Assembly (NCBI RefSeq): GCF_006345805.1
Contig: NC_043000.1
Span: 30,690,001 to 30,754,000 of the forward strand
Reading direction: 5' to 3'
Source of the DNA: Octopus sinensis
Lineage: Eukaryota
DNA: 64,000 nt
Program-made: the position numbers and the translations under genes
Part shown: piece by piece, positions 1-12,001 of the stretch
Layout: every line of letters starts with the position of its first letter
Position numbering within the stretch: position 1 is the stretch's first letter
Notes under the pieces: generated by a model
Database searches by the model: none
What the model was told of the DNA's origin: nothing
The model's input: only the letters and a program-made list of their open reading frames with translations

Positions 1-5
1 CTCAC

Positions 6-224
6 ACATTATAAATACATTCTGCAAGGGAAAGAGTGAACATATGAAAGGAATTTCGTCTATCATTTTTGTTGAGATGGTATTGTTCGGCCCGTGCCAT
101 AGTAGAAGAACTTGCTCGGGGATTTAAACCCTCAAATTTGGTGGTTACGAAGTGAAGTTCTGAAACACACAGACATTTCTGCGCCCATATCTCAATACAT
201 TTTTTAATAAATTTTGTAGGCTTA
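6..224 (-). CDS. Putative exon 3 of the same gene (SKPTKFIKKCIEIWAQKCLCVSELHF...AECIYN); gene continues beyond the window start
   Basis: Acceptor gactgtttctttgtag, phase-2 start, open for 72 codons (same frame as ORF 2..298), donor gtgag at 5-1. An alternative acceptor exists at 160-161. Confidence 0.55.
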
Positions 225-389
225 CTACAAAGAAACAGTCTTCTTCCCGATATATCTCTCTCCATATGTTCCACTTCCAGATTTTCTTTTATGTACAAAC
301 TATGATTTGGAAGCTGCCTCAGAACATGGATTTGCCAAATGCTAAAAGCATTTCTACTCTAGGCACACGGCCTGAAACGTTGCTGGAGG

Positions 390-550
390 CTACTACTGTG
401 TTACGTTGACCCTAGATCTGAACTACTGTTTCGACCCAGAAAGGATGAAAGCGCAGTCAACACCCCAAAAAAAACCCACTCAAAATATAAAGCCGATGAA
501 ATGCCTCTAAGTATTTTATCCAGAGTGTTAATGATTCTGCCAGCTTATCG
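390..550 (-). mobile_element. Degenerate tRNA-derived SINE (5' part)
   Basis: Reverse complement resembles the SINE head and body at 32521-32750 (ggcagaatc...ttagc...ctttcatcct...gtcga). Confidence 0.5.
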
Positions 551-611
551 CGTTGCCAATACACCTTGTCAATATATACACTCATAAGAAATGTAGATGT
601 GTAGTTCTTAC

Positions 612-672
612 CTTTTAATCAGAGTACCGAAACTTACATACTTTCCTGTCTGAGTATGGTTGTGCGTGCTAT
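612..672 (-). CDS. Putative exon 2 of the same gene (NSTHNHTQTGKYVSFGTLIK)
   Basis: Strong acceptor ttttgatatttctttcag and donor AAG|gtaaga. Open only in the phase 1 to phase 2 reading, which matches both neighbouring exons. Confidence 0.6.
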
Positions 673-1427
673 CTGAAAGAAATATCAAAATGCATATTGA
701 AGAATTGAATACACATTTACCAAAGTTTTCTGTACAAATACACAAAATATCCATGTAGCGCTCAACAGATGATTCATTAAATAGAGTGTAATGTATTTAT
801 AATAATCCCATGTGAAAAAAGAAGCAGGATTATGACGACTGGAAGTCACATATCCTCACTCAGACATTTAATATGGTTCCTCACTGTAGTGATGGATAAT
901 TTTAATACCTGAAGAAGGTAAAAGAATCGATGGAGCAATAAAATGGAAGGACAAGAAAACAAACAAAAAAGACACGAAACATTATATATAGCACTTGCTG
1001 ACTCAATTCTGCAATGATTTTAAAAATTACGAGTCCTAAAGGCTACGGCGAAATAGGCAGAATCGTAAGCTCGACGGATAATATGCTTCGTGGCATTTTG
1101 TCCGTGTTTAAGTTCTGATCTTATGAAGGAGTAACAGATGAGCGGACACCACTAAAATTTTTCCCGATTTGTATATAAAACATTAGTCAGTCATATTGTT
1201 AATTAAATGTTGTATATTATACAGAAGAAGCGTAATTCCGAAGCGCAGTGTAAGTAAACGGAGAGTTATTTATCAGTAAGCTGTAAGTACACAGAAACTG
1301 GATACATCCGAAAGACTGCTGGGGTAGCGTTATTCAGTTTCCTTCTTTTCACCTTTCTGATTTCCTTCTTTTCACCCATTACATTTCAGATGACTATAAA
1401 GTACAAGAAATTTGAAATCATACTTAC

Positions 1428-1491
1428 TTGGTTGATACGAGAGACTTTGTGAAATGATTACACAAAGCAATAGGACACTGATACCTTTCAT
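1428..1491 (-). CDS. Putative first coding exon of an unknown secreted protein (signal peptide MKGISVLLLCVIISQSLSYQP)
   Basis: ATG at 1491. Pyrimidine-rich acceptor (atctttatatcag/cag) just upstream and consensus donor GTAAGT at 1427-1422. Encodes a K-hydrophobic core-SLS signal peptide pattern and ends in phase 1. Confidence 0.6.
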
Positions 1492-2257
1492 CACGAACCT
1501 GCTGATATAAAGATATAACAACGAGAGTCATTAAAAACGCAAGCTTTTTTTTTTTCTTACAAAGAAGCAAAGTACTACAACAGAAATTTAGGTAACAATT
1601 ATCTTTTAACTGTTAAAATTTATTTTGCTGAATTTTCAAGCCTTACGCCATAATCATTTTATCAATTAGTGGCATAACCAATTTAATTACACCGTGTAAT
1701 TACACTAATGTAAATTTAATCGCACCAAAAGTACTAATATCAAATGTATAATTTAGGTAATGATATCTTCGAAGCATTAGTCCGTAAATATTGTCCATAG
1801 TGTTAACTGTGAATAAAATGTCCTTACTTGAAATATATCTGGCTTCTATTACTGTATTATTTTTATTTCTGCCCCAAACAATTATATGATTCTTGTCAAT
1901 TTACATTTAGCGGAATGTTGTACGTAAAATGTACAAATTCAGAAGTATTTTCTACATTTTCTATAACGAAAATCAATCTTTCCTTAACATTTCATTGTAT
2001 ATTGTATTAATGTGTTGCATTGATATCTTTACACCATACCTCAATAAACATACATCCACAATGAATAATTTCAATATTACATACTTGTTATCTTCGAACG
2101 GTAATTATATAAAGCGCTCAGCAGCCTTCTGTTCTACAAACTTCAAACTTTTCGATGATGCTTATATAGTGTTAGTTATCAGGAGAACACCTTCAATCAT
2201 TGCTTGCTCCAGTTTTCGTTTTCTTCTCTTCCTTAAATTGTACTCCCTACCGTTTCT

Positions 2258-2323
<66 letters not shown>

Positions 2324-2339
2324 ATATATATCAAAAGCA

Positions 2340-3510
2340 TGATTTATACGATATGACTCAATATTTACTAGCAGATGTAGTTCGGCAGCTGTGTAACTTT
2401 GTGATTAGAAAACGTCATTTTAACGTCTCCACACATGAACAATAGCGCATTTGAGACATAAATTCGATATAATTATATCGAATTTATGTCTCAAATGCGC
2501 TATTGTTCATGTGTGGAGACGTTGAAATTTTGAATTAAAACGCAATAATGTCCATATTTTGTATTTTACATGACAGCATACACTGATTTCAAAAAATGGC
2601 GGCTGCAATCGAAAGTGCTGTAGATATCCAGGCCATTCCTAATCCAGGGGTCATAAGGTCAATGACATTTTATTCATAACCACTTTATATTTTGTATCTA
2701 GCTTCACATATCAAATACCACATATACTCTTATAAAAAGTCAAACTCAGGCAAAATTCGAGTCAGTATTTTTCTTGAAATAATGTAGAATTATTTTCATG
2801 TGTCACGCCTAAAGTCAATTCTATTTCTTCACACATGTGAAATCAACAGTTGTGTGACAAGAAATTAGATTAGAGATATTCTCAAATCGTTAGATTACAG
2901 ATTATTGAATAACCACAATCGGGCCGTAACGCCTTTTTTGTTTTACAGCTTACACTAGATTTGAAACAAATTCTGCGGTCTTCAGCTGATGTCTGAGATT
3001 GTACTAAGGCTGCCTGCCGTTCAAAATGATAATATATTTCAGTTACATAAGATTTTGATAAAAAAAAATCGGCGGAAGAAAGACTACAATTTTTCATTTA
3101 TTTGGGAACATAAACGAAATGCTTATTCCCATCGACATACACGGCAGAGAATCGAAATCTGAGACAAACAAATGGAGAGAGGGAGAGAGAGGGGGGAAGA
3201 AACAGCGATGAAAAACTTGTCCTCGAAACAATTAGGATTGATTAAGTACTTTCTTTGGTTCTGAGTAAATTCTGCTAAATCCGAAGGTTTTTAGGAGTAA
3301 AATTCTAGTCTCCGTAACTTAGCGGTTTGCTAAAAGAGACTGATAGAGTAAGCACCGGGTTAAAAAGAAAGTAATGGATTCAATGTAATTGACTAAAATT
3401 CTTGAAGACGGCGCCCCAGCATGGCCGCAGTCAAATGACTAAAACAAGTAAAAGAACAGAGGAATACAAGAGGATATAATAACAAATAATATTGACCAAT
3501 CATAAATAAA
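2340..3510. repeat. Dispersed ~1.15-kb composite repeat (unclassified element plus SINE 3' part), copy 1
   Basis: Collinear with 13389-14520 from gatttatacgat... to ...aataatattgaccaatcataaataaat, including the SINE at the same position. Confidence 0.8.
2422..2523. repeat. Perfect 102-bp palindrome with no spacer
   Basis: aacgtctcc...ttcgatat-aatt-atatcgaa...ggagacgtt, centred at 2472/2473. Confidence 0.95.
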
Positions 3511-3579
3511 TAAACAGAAGTGTAGTTGGTGTGGCTCTACGTGATGCTAAGGATTAATCTATGTTGCGTCTGTTGCTTT

Positions 3580-3760
3580 GTTTCATTATTTTTTTCGCGA
3601 CGAGCCGGCAGCATCAGTTGCAACGCCGCGCAAAATAGTCGGTGGCATTTCGTCCTTTCTCACTTTCTGGGTTCAAATTCCGCCGACATATATTTTGCGG
3701 TTCATCCTCTTCCTGTCGAGAAAATAAGTACCAGTGAAGCACTGGGGTCAATGTAATTAG
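3580..3760 (+). mobile_element. tRNA-derived SINE, 5' part
   Basis: B-box-like gggttcaaattccgcc followed by ttcatcc...gtcgagaaaataagtaccag, as in 32521-32750. Confidence 0.65.
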
Positions 3761-4422
3761 ATATCCAATCCTTTTTTTGCTCTGTATTCTGTATTTTCTT
3801 CTTTTTGTACCGGATATATTTTATGGATCTTCTATAAAAATGAAGATGCATGCCTTAATTTTTCCACTTATATATATGGACCACGAGGAGATGAAGGGCA
3901 AAGATGACGTTACGTGTCTTGGAGTTACCTCCGGAAGACATTTTATCCACTGCACAGAAGCCTCTTCGATATTCGTATTTCCCCATTTAGAAACCACTAA
4001 TTCAACTTAAGGATAATTACATATCATCTATGTACACATGCAAATAAATATGTGAATCCATATATGTACGTATGTATGTATGCATGTTTGTATGTATGGG
4101 TGTATGGCTGTATGATGTATGTATCTAAGTATCTATCTAACTAACCATCTATCTATTTACGATCTATCTATCTATCTACGCATATACATGTAGATATATA
4201 TATATATATATTTCGGAATGGACATATTGCCAGTTTAGCCAATAAAAACACACGCACTATATATTTGGTGTTATTTTGCTTCAGTGTTATTTATTTTTTA
4301 CATTAATCTTAATCTTAGAACGCCTAACACAGAACTCCATACTCGTAAACATGTACTCTCGCTATGTTGATGATATCAACATAGTGGTAAAGGCACCCCC
4401 ACAATAGAGTAATGTTGATATA

Positions 4423-5495
4423 GTGATAGAAACTAATACTATGGAGAGCATCGAGCAAATAGCTAACTCCATCCACCAGAGTATTAAGGTCACAATAGAC
4501 TACCCCACTAAACACCCCAACCATAGACTACCAGTACTAGACACTGAATTCTGGCTAGAAATTGTGAATAATAAAACCCAAATCCTTCATTCATACTATG
4601 CCAAACCTATGGCCTCAAAATACTTGATCCACCGGAACTCAGCCATTGCGGACAATGCCAAATTCAATATTTTGATGGCAGACCTCGTCAGAATAATGAG
4701 AAATCTGTCACGCATGTGCGAGCCTACAGAGTTAAAGAGACACATACAATATTTCATTCACCGCATGCAGTTCTCAGGTTACAGCTATAAAGAAAGGATC
4801 AGAGTATACAAAGGAGCCATTAAGAAATTTGATAATGTATTATGTAATGATAGGAATGAGATTTGCCCACTCTATAGGAACAAGTCATGGAACATTATAG
4901 AAACAAAAAAGAAAATAGGGAAGGCCAACTCTTGGTATGATAGCCATAAATACCAGAGTGTCATGTTCGTTGACACCATCCCTGGAGGTGAACTGGCATA
5001 CCGCTTTAGAAGGACCCTAGACAAACTTAAGCTAAGAATTAAGGTTGTTGAAAAGCCAGGCAACCCTATCAAATCTATAATTGGTAGAACCTATCCTTTT
5101 AGTAGAACCCCCTGTACAAATAAGTACTGTACTGTATGTAGATTTAGCCCACAAACAAACTGTAAAGCCAGAAATGTAGTCTATAGTATAAGATGTATAG
5201 AGGGACGATGCAGTAACAAGACAACGACATACGTAGGGGAAACGGCAAGAAGCATAGGAGAGCGGGTAAATGACATTGGAGACAACTCAAGGAAGGTAAA
5301 AGCTCATCGATTCTGTACCAACACGCCGAACAGGAACACGGGGGATCAATCAATAACATAGAAATTAAAATATTGTCCACACATAGAACAGATGCAACAA
5401 TTAGACAAATTACAGAAGCTACACACATAATAGAAAATAAACCTAGCCTGAATAGAAAACTAGAATGCAGCACTAGCGCACACCACAACATATGA
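4423..5495 (+). pseudogene. PLE RT thumb + GIY-YIG endonuclease, frameshifted near 5270
   Basis: LPVLDT...HSYYAKP (RT end); C..C...CKARNVVYSIRC...YVGETARSIGER (GIY-YIG). The shifted frame continues SSILYQHA...RQITEATHI...PSLNRK to TGA at 5493-5495. Confidence 0.9.
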
Positions 5496-5562
5496 CGATA
5501 GAGGATCCCGAAAACATAATAAATACACAGATAAATAAACAAATAGAAATAAATAACTATAT

Positions 5563-5674
<112 letters not shown>

Positions 5675-6031
5675 TCGATTCGATTTTTTTTCGATTCGAT
5701 TTTTTTTCGATTCGATTTATTATTATTATTACTAGTATTGTTGTTATACATACATACATACATACAAGCATATGTAATGATAATAATAAGTGGATGTAAA
5801 CACATGAACAAAATAAGAATAAACAAAAACAACAAAAACAAAAAACAAAATACAAATTACATGAACATAAACAGAAGATACAAATATTACAGACATCCCC
5901 CCACATACACACACTAAATAAACATAGACGCACATAGAGATATACGCATGCGCAAATGAAGACATACAATAGAAATACAAAATGGCTGACGGTTAGTAAG
6001 GAGAGACACAAATACGAAAGAAGAAAACAAA

Positions 6032-6076
6032 GGACCACTGATGCGGTCACAGGAGTGTGACGAAAGAACTCTGGCC
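6032..6076 (+). ncRNA. Minimal type I hammerhead ribozyme variant (A9C)
   Basis: ggacca CTGATGC g GTCACA ggag TGTGAC GAAA gaactc tggcc. Stem II is a perfect 6 bp; predicted cleavage after C6071. Confidence 0.65.
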
Positions 6077-6253
6077 GAAATAAGATTAAGATTAATGTAA
6101 AAAATAAATAACACTGAAACAAAATAACACCAAATATATAGAGCGTGTGTTTTTATTGGCTAAACTGGCAATATGACCATTCCGAAATATAACAATATCT
6201 TATTCAACACACGACTTCACATAAAAAATCTTGCACACAACAAATATTTAAAC

Positions 6254-6296
<43 letters not shown>

Positions 6297-6458
6297 GGAA
6301 AATAAGTTCAAAAGAGAACAATTCAAATTTTTGAGAGCTCCAAAAAGAGAGAGGGATTTCTAATAAAGATTCATCATATTCATATAAAAAAAAAAACAGC
6401 CATAGCAATTAAAATATAAATAGTAGTTGAAATAGAAATAACGATATTTTTTAACTAC

Positions 6459-6557
<99 letters not shown>

Positions 6558-6732
6558 TATATATATATATTACTCTAAGTAATTCCAACACTGTTTTTCA
6601 CGTTTTATTCATATTCTTATAATATTAATATAAGATATAAAACGATATATTATACTATATTATTTTAAAACGTGAAAAACAGAGTTGGAGTTCCTTGAGT
6701 AATATATTCTATGCACAAGCATACATACCCCT

Positions 6733-6782
<50 letters not shown>

Positions 6783-6787
<5 letters not shown>

Positions 6788-6997
6788 CTTCTATCGCAGG
6801 TTACGTTCCAAAACCACCCGCTATAAGTGTAGAGACGCGAAGCAGAAACAGTACTGTACTGCATATTATTTAAATTTTTTTATAATTTGTATATATCTAT
6901 TTTATTATAAATGCAAAACACCACCACGGAGGAATCGATGTAAGCTTAAATGATAAACCGCGATATGTGAACTGCGATATGGCGTGGGATTACAGTA
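6783..6997. mobile_element. Possible Tigger/pogo-like MITE remnant
   Basis: Imperfect terminal inverted repeats (ctatcgcaggtt / aactgcgatat) between TA tracts. Confidence 0.35.
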
Positions 6998-7224
6998 TAT
7001 ATGTATATATTATATGTGTGTGTACATGACTACGTGCGTGTGTGTGTGTGTGTATATGTGTGTTTTGTCTCTTCCTGAAGAACAACACACACGTTTCTTT
7101 CAGTTCTCAAATAAAGTCTTAATCTTCGCGCAAATATACACACCTATCGCTCGAACTCACACTCACATCACCCTGGCTGCTAGAAAAACACTAATTCAGC
7201 TTAAGGATTATTATTAAACCGCAA

Positions 7225-7490
7225 CTTATCTACGGATTTCTTTGATATGACCATTGGCTTCACTGATTCAGGTGAGGCTAGTCACCTAGATGGACTATTC
7301 CTTCTTTCCCAGACTAAACGATACTTCTCTCACCTCTCAAGAGGGCTCTACAGGGATGATGTACTCCTTACAATAATTGGAGTATCTCCACCTTCTTTAG
7401 AACGAACGAGGAAAGCTGTACATAGACTTTAAAAGTGTATAACCTCATTCGAAAACAACACTAAAGTGACCAATTTCTTAAACTTAAATT
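7225..7490 (+). pseudogene. PLE reverse transcriptase fragment
   Basis: FDMTIGFTDSGEASHLDGLFLL...GLYRDDVL matches the PLE RT motif FDVTMG.DGAE...GLYRDDGL. Confidence 0.75.
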
Positions 7491-8474
7491 AAAGAAGAAA
7501 AGTTTTCCAACACTGTAGAATATATCGGAATATATCTAATGGGTTTGAAAACGCACCAGAATCTCAAAACGTGTCGTCGTTTTATTAAAATTATTCAAAT
7601 ATCGAGATTTGACAATTTTTTGCCCATCAATGGTTCAATAAAGAAATAGTTTTGTAGAGTTTGAAGTTACAAAGTAAGTTATTGTATGTAATCCTATAAC
7701 AAAATCAGTCTCATGTAAAAATAGGCTCCCTATTTTGTTATTAATAATATGGAATTTTCCTTGTATCACGTGTAAAATCGTTTCTGGCCCTTCACGTATC
7801 ACAGCAAGATATGTGTGACGGAAAGTTAGATTACCTATTACGTCTATATGCGCATTTTCCTGTATTTTTACACATTTTTACACATTTTCCTGTATTTTTT
7901 CCTGTTTTTTTTCTTGTGTATGTGCGCATATAGACGTATGTATGATCTTTTTGTGCGTGCGTGTGTGTGCGCGTATATAGACGTGTGCGGGTATGTGCGT
8001 ATATAGGCGTGTGTGTGCGCGTGCATAAGTGTATGTGCGTATATAGACGTGGTTTACTCTTTGTATACTCCCTTATATCTTTTTTCTGTATTGTTACACT
8101 TAGCCCTGCTTTATTCTTGTGCTTTTGCGTGTATTGACGTGTGTATGAACCTTTATGGTGCACGCGTGTGTGGAGGTCTGTATGTATATACATATACATT
8201 TGGCGAATTGTGCGTGTGAGGATGTGTACGTATTCAAGTGAGAGTGGATGAATGTATACTTTTAGGCGCGCGCACGTAGGTATGCAGGCGCGCATGTATA
8301 GGTATGAACATGCGCACTTACGCGAATACTATGAACTTTTTAACCCACTTACTTTTACTCCCTCCCCTCACTTAGCTGTCATTCAAATAGCTCGCTTGTC
8401 TTAATAACGGTCAATTACACAGTAATTTCCCTTTGTATAACGGTCATTTTTTCATAGCATTTTTCCGGTGGCCA

Positions 8475-8535
8475 GATAACTGAAGAGATGGCGGCATGGA
8501 TTTCCACCTCGGCATCCGAAATTCGGAGTTTTATC
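8475..8535 (+). ncRNA. Type I hammerhead ribozyme
   Basis: GATAA CTGAAGA GATG...CATC c GAAA TTCGGAGT T TTATC. Stem I is 5 bp, stem II is long and imperfect, stem III is near-palindromic; predicted cleavage after 8530. Confidence 0.7.
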
Positions 8536-8633
8536 ATGCCTACCGAATAATTGTCACATATTACATTTACATATATGTATATATATCTGTAAATTTTTCT
8601 CTCAGTTTATTCTCTGCTTATATTCTCTTATTC

Positions 8634-8669
8634 CTTTCTGTTGAAGAGCGTAGGCTCGAAACGTAAAAG
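8634..8669 (+). ncRNA. Minimal type I hammerhead (A6U variant) in a short PLE-pLTR-like repeat
   Basis: CTTT CTGTTGA a GAGC gtag GCTC GAAA CGT A AAAG. A related degenerate copy lies at 39144-39178. Confidence 0.65.
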
Positions 8670-8773
8670 TCTTTCTCACCTTCCCGAACGTTAAAATAAT
8701 ACACCTGTTTGTTGTTTACACACCTATCTTCGTCTTTTGCTTTTTTGCGTTTTTGTTTTGCAAATTCTAACTG

Positions 8774-8815
<42 letters not shown>

Positions 8816-9426
8816 CAGCAATAACATGGTTTCTGCAATGTGATTCAATATTATTAGCTCATGAAGCTGGAACAGCTGTGAGGAGTAATAATAAGCAGCA
8901 ATTACAAAATGCCATTTTAAATATGATCAAATTTATGTCCTCTTTTACATTAACGTTCATCATTGGAGACGTCAAACGTTTGCATAAACACAAGATAATG
9001 ACTATACGTTGTTCTTTATATGCCAACATATATTGATTCCAGAAAACAGCTGCATATTCCATACTGTTTACATAGACACATGTTATTTCTACTCCAGCAG
9101 ACATATGAAAAACATTAGATGATCATTTAAACATTTAGTAATAAAATTAATTGCGACAATAGTTATAAGTTGTAATGCAAATTTATAATTTAGGTAGAGA
9201 TGAAGTTTTAGAAGCAATTGTACTAATGTCTCTTGAGAAAATGTGAAAATGAGAAGATTTTTCGAGAATTATTGAGTCATTTGGTCATTCCATAAATAAT
9301 GCGGTTTTTATATAGTTTTTTTTTATTTTTCAAAATTAAGATAAACTAAAACAGTTCTATATTTAAGAGATGAGGAATTATGTACATCATTCACATTTGA
9401 CGGATATCTGTCATCTTGTTTGTTTT

Positions 9427-9472
9427 TAACACAACGTTTCGGCTGATATGCCCTCCAACCTTCATAAGGTAT
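9427..9472 (-). ncRNA. Minimal type I hammerhead, core-mutated (G5U)
   Basis: Reverse complement reads ATAC CTTATGA a GGTTG gagggcatat CAGCC GAAA CGTT GTGT. Same family as 10261-10306. Confidence 0.6.
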
Positions 9473-9504
9473 TTCTAACAGGGATGGAATGTCGAATATT
9501 ATCA

Positions 9505-10090
9505 CCTGGCAGTGGGGGCTAGAGGCTTCATTGAAAGGAAAATGACAACGCTTTTCAAAAGAAGATTTGTTTTTTCTAGCTCCGAGCTGCGAAAACTAAT
9601 AAGGAGAGTACATGAGGCGGTCGAAAAAGCCAGCTTCTATATATGGCTGAAACGGGAAGACCGAAAATGGCTTGAAAGCCATAACATGCCGGCGGGAAAT
9701 AATCATTAGGTGAGACAAACTGACACTGAATCAGCTTCGCTGACTGACAGGTGACGGTCGTTTAGAAAATGCGCGGGCTGAAACTACGCGCCTTCACTAT
9801 GCAGTTAAGGTGAGACAGTGTCACGTGACAACTTGCTGGGGCTGCCTGCTGGAGCCTAGCGGCAGGTATTTACATGGAAAAATTTGACAAGCCAGTCAGT
9901 CACCGGTTGACACTCGCTGACGATACATCGAAGAGGTCAGGGAACAGAAGAAAGAAGACATGCACCTAACACCAGAAGACACCTCCGAAAGGGGGTGGCG
10001 CCACGTCAAAACGGTAGAGGAGTAGGGGCCGAAACCGGACGTGGTTCCTCCTGATGATGTCTTGAGCTAACTGAATCCTATAAAGGAGCT
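9505..10090 (+). mobile_element. 3' fragment of an RLE-type non-LTR retrotransposon (HERO-like)
   Basis: VGARGF...VHEAVEKASFYIWLKRE resembles the HERO C-terminus (VEVGCRGF...AEKASRWLWIKR), followed by a GC-richer 3' UTR. Confidence 0.6.
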
Positions 10091-10260
10091 GTTGTAATTC
10101 CTCTTATTATTATCATTATCATTGCCTGGAATCGATCTTGGAATCCTGGGGTTAGTAGCCCGCGTTCTTAACCACTACGCCATATGCCCGTGGGTAATTA
10201 TGGAGTGAATTTTAGGGCTTATAAATCTAATATTTTCCTATCCTTCCTATCCTTACCCAA

Positions 10261-10306
10261 GACACCTGATGAAGTCTGGAGGATATATCAGCCGAAACGT
10301 TGTGTT
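10261..10306 (+). ncRNA. Minimal type I hammerhead ribozyme
   Basis: GACAC CTGATGA a GTCTG gaggatatat CAGCC GAAA CGTT GTGTT. Core intact, ACGT palindromic stem III, one mismatch in stem II. Confidence 0.7.
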
Positions 10307-10439
10307 AACTACAAACAAGATAAGGACAAATATCCGACAAATGTAAATAATGAAGATAAACCAAGGTCTTTTTTAAGGTAAAATATACTCTACTCCATTT
10401 TCTACAATGCTCTTCCATTTATCCGGGTGACTTGCAAGA

Positions 10440-11400
10440 CCCCTCTTCCAAAAATCACTTGACTGTGACAAAAGGTATTCCTACAGTGCTGTTCTAATCT
10501 CGTCTACAGAATTCATATTTTTTCTGTCCATATCATTTTGAGGACTGCGCAATAAATGATAATCAGATTGGCGAATGTCCAGCGAATATGGTGGGTGGGG
10601 CATCGATTCCCATTCAAACTGCTCCAGCCTTTGGAATGTCATCTTCGCTGTATGTGGCCGAGCATTATCCTGAAACCAAAGATAGCCTTTTTTTCTTCTA
10701 ACGCTCACTTAAGCCGCTCAAGCTTAGATTTCGCAGTAGATCTCCTTTGTTATCATTTGGTTTGGGTTTTAAAACTTCGAAGTGGACTAAATCTTCCATA
10801 TCCCACCAAACAGATAACATCACCTTAAGTACCTAAAGATCTTCTTTAGCCTGGGGTACCGGTGTTTCTCCTTTCGCTACCCACTGTCTTCGGAGCTTGA
10901 CATTTTTAAAGAGAATCCATTCGTCGTTACCAGTCACTACTCGGTTCAAAAATGGTTCATTCGTGAGTCATGGCAGCAAAGAAGATTACACAATCACTCT
11001 CAGCGCGCGATTAGACTCAAAGAGTTTCTAAGAAACCCTTTGACCCCATTTGCTGACATTTCCGATGGCACGAAGGTGTTGATGAATGGTTGAATGACCA
11101 AATCCAAACTCAACAGTTACGATGGGATTTTTTTCCAGCAGGGTTTTCCGGATGTCCTCGTCGAGCTCTACAGATCATCAAGGAGGAGGCTCGTCTTCTA
11201 GGCTACAGTCTCCGGCTTGGGATTTCTGGAACCAACGTTGACACTGGCTTACGCTTATTGTTCGATCCCCATATACTGCATTAATATTCCTTGCACTTTC
11301 CGTTACATTGTTGCTTTTACTGAAAGTAAAATATGCCGAATATGCCCCTTTGCCATTTCCATTATAGCGATGAAACAATAACTTTTAAAATCGGACAGCA
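10440..11400 (-). mobile_element. Degenerate mariner transposase
   Basis: HTH region (ARNINAVYGDRTISVSQCQRWFQK), VVTGNDEW, QDNARPH and HPPYSLDIRQSDYHLL (D,D34D motifs), with frameshifts. Confidence 0.9.
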
Positions 11401-11957
11401 CTCTTCAAAACTTGTACTAAGTATATGTACAAAGCAAAATTACTACCTGCATTTATAGTAATTGATGGAGGTAGATTACCCCGTATCCACTTCGACTTTT
11501 AATTCATGCAATTGAAAAAACTGCACTATTTATGGGATGACCCGATATAAATCTGTAATATCCAACAGTAATATTTCCCTTTCTTTCTTAACAACCGATT
11601 TGCATTAACCAAAAACCAAAAATTTGAGAAGCTGGAGTTTATCCAAAATATACAGAGAAAAATGATGCATATTCTCCAAATAGAATCAATGTGCTGTAAA
11701 GCGAAAATTTTAAAATCATTAAGGCTATTCTCTCTGTTTGAGGTTCTTGAACTGTACAAATGTGCACAGGCAACAAAGCAATCAAGCTTATAATATTCTA
11801 TTTTGAATTCAGTGTAATTTATTCCATTATTAGAACAATATAAATTCATTTCTGTATTCTTTCATAGGAAAAAAGTAAAACAACTGACTAGAAATCTTTT
11901 CCTCATCTCATAAATATAAGAACAGAAAGTGCTACAGTAGTTTCTATATCTATATAA

Positions 11958-11999
<42 letters not shown>

Positions 12000-12001
<2 letters not shown>

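Noticed and set aside
909-990. CTGAAGA hammerhead core
   Set aside because: No stem II or GAAA in register and no stem I partner. The same applies to CTGATGA at 48607 and TTGAAGA near 13314.
1685-1701. Short palindrome aattacac-c-gtgtaatt
   Set aside because: Too short to be significant in AT-rich DNA.
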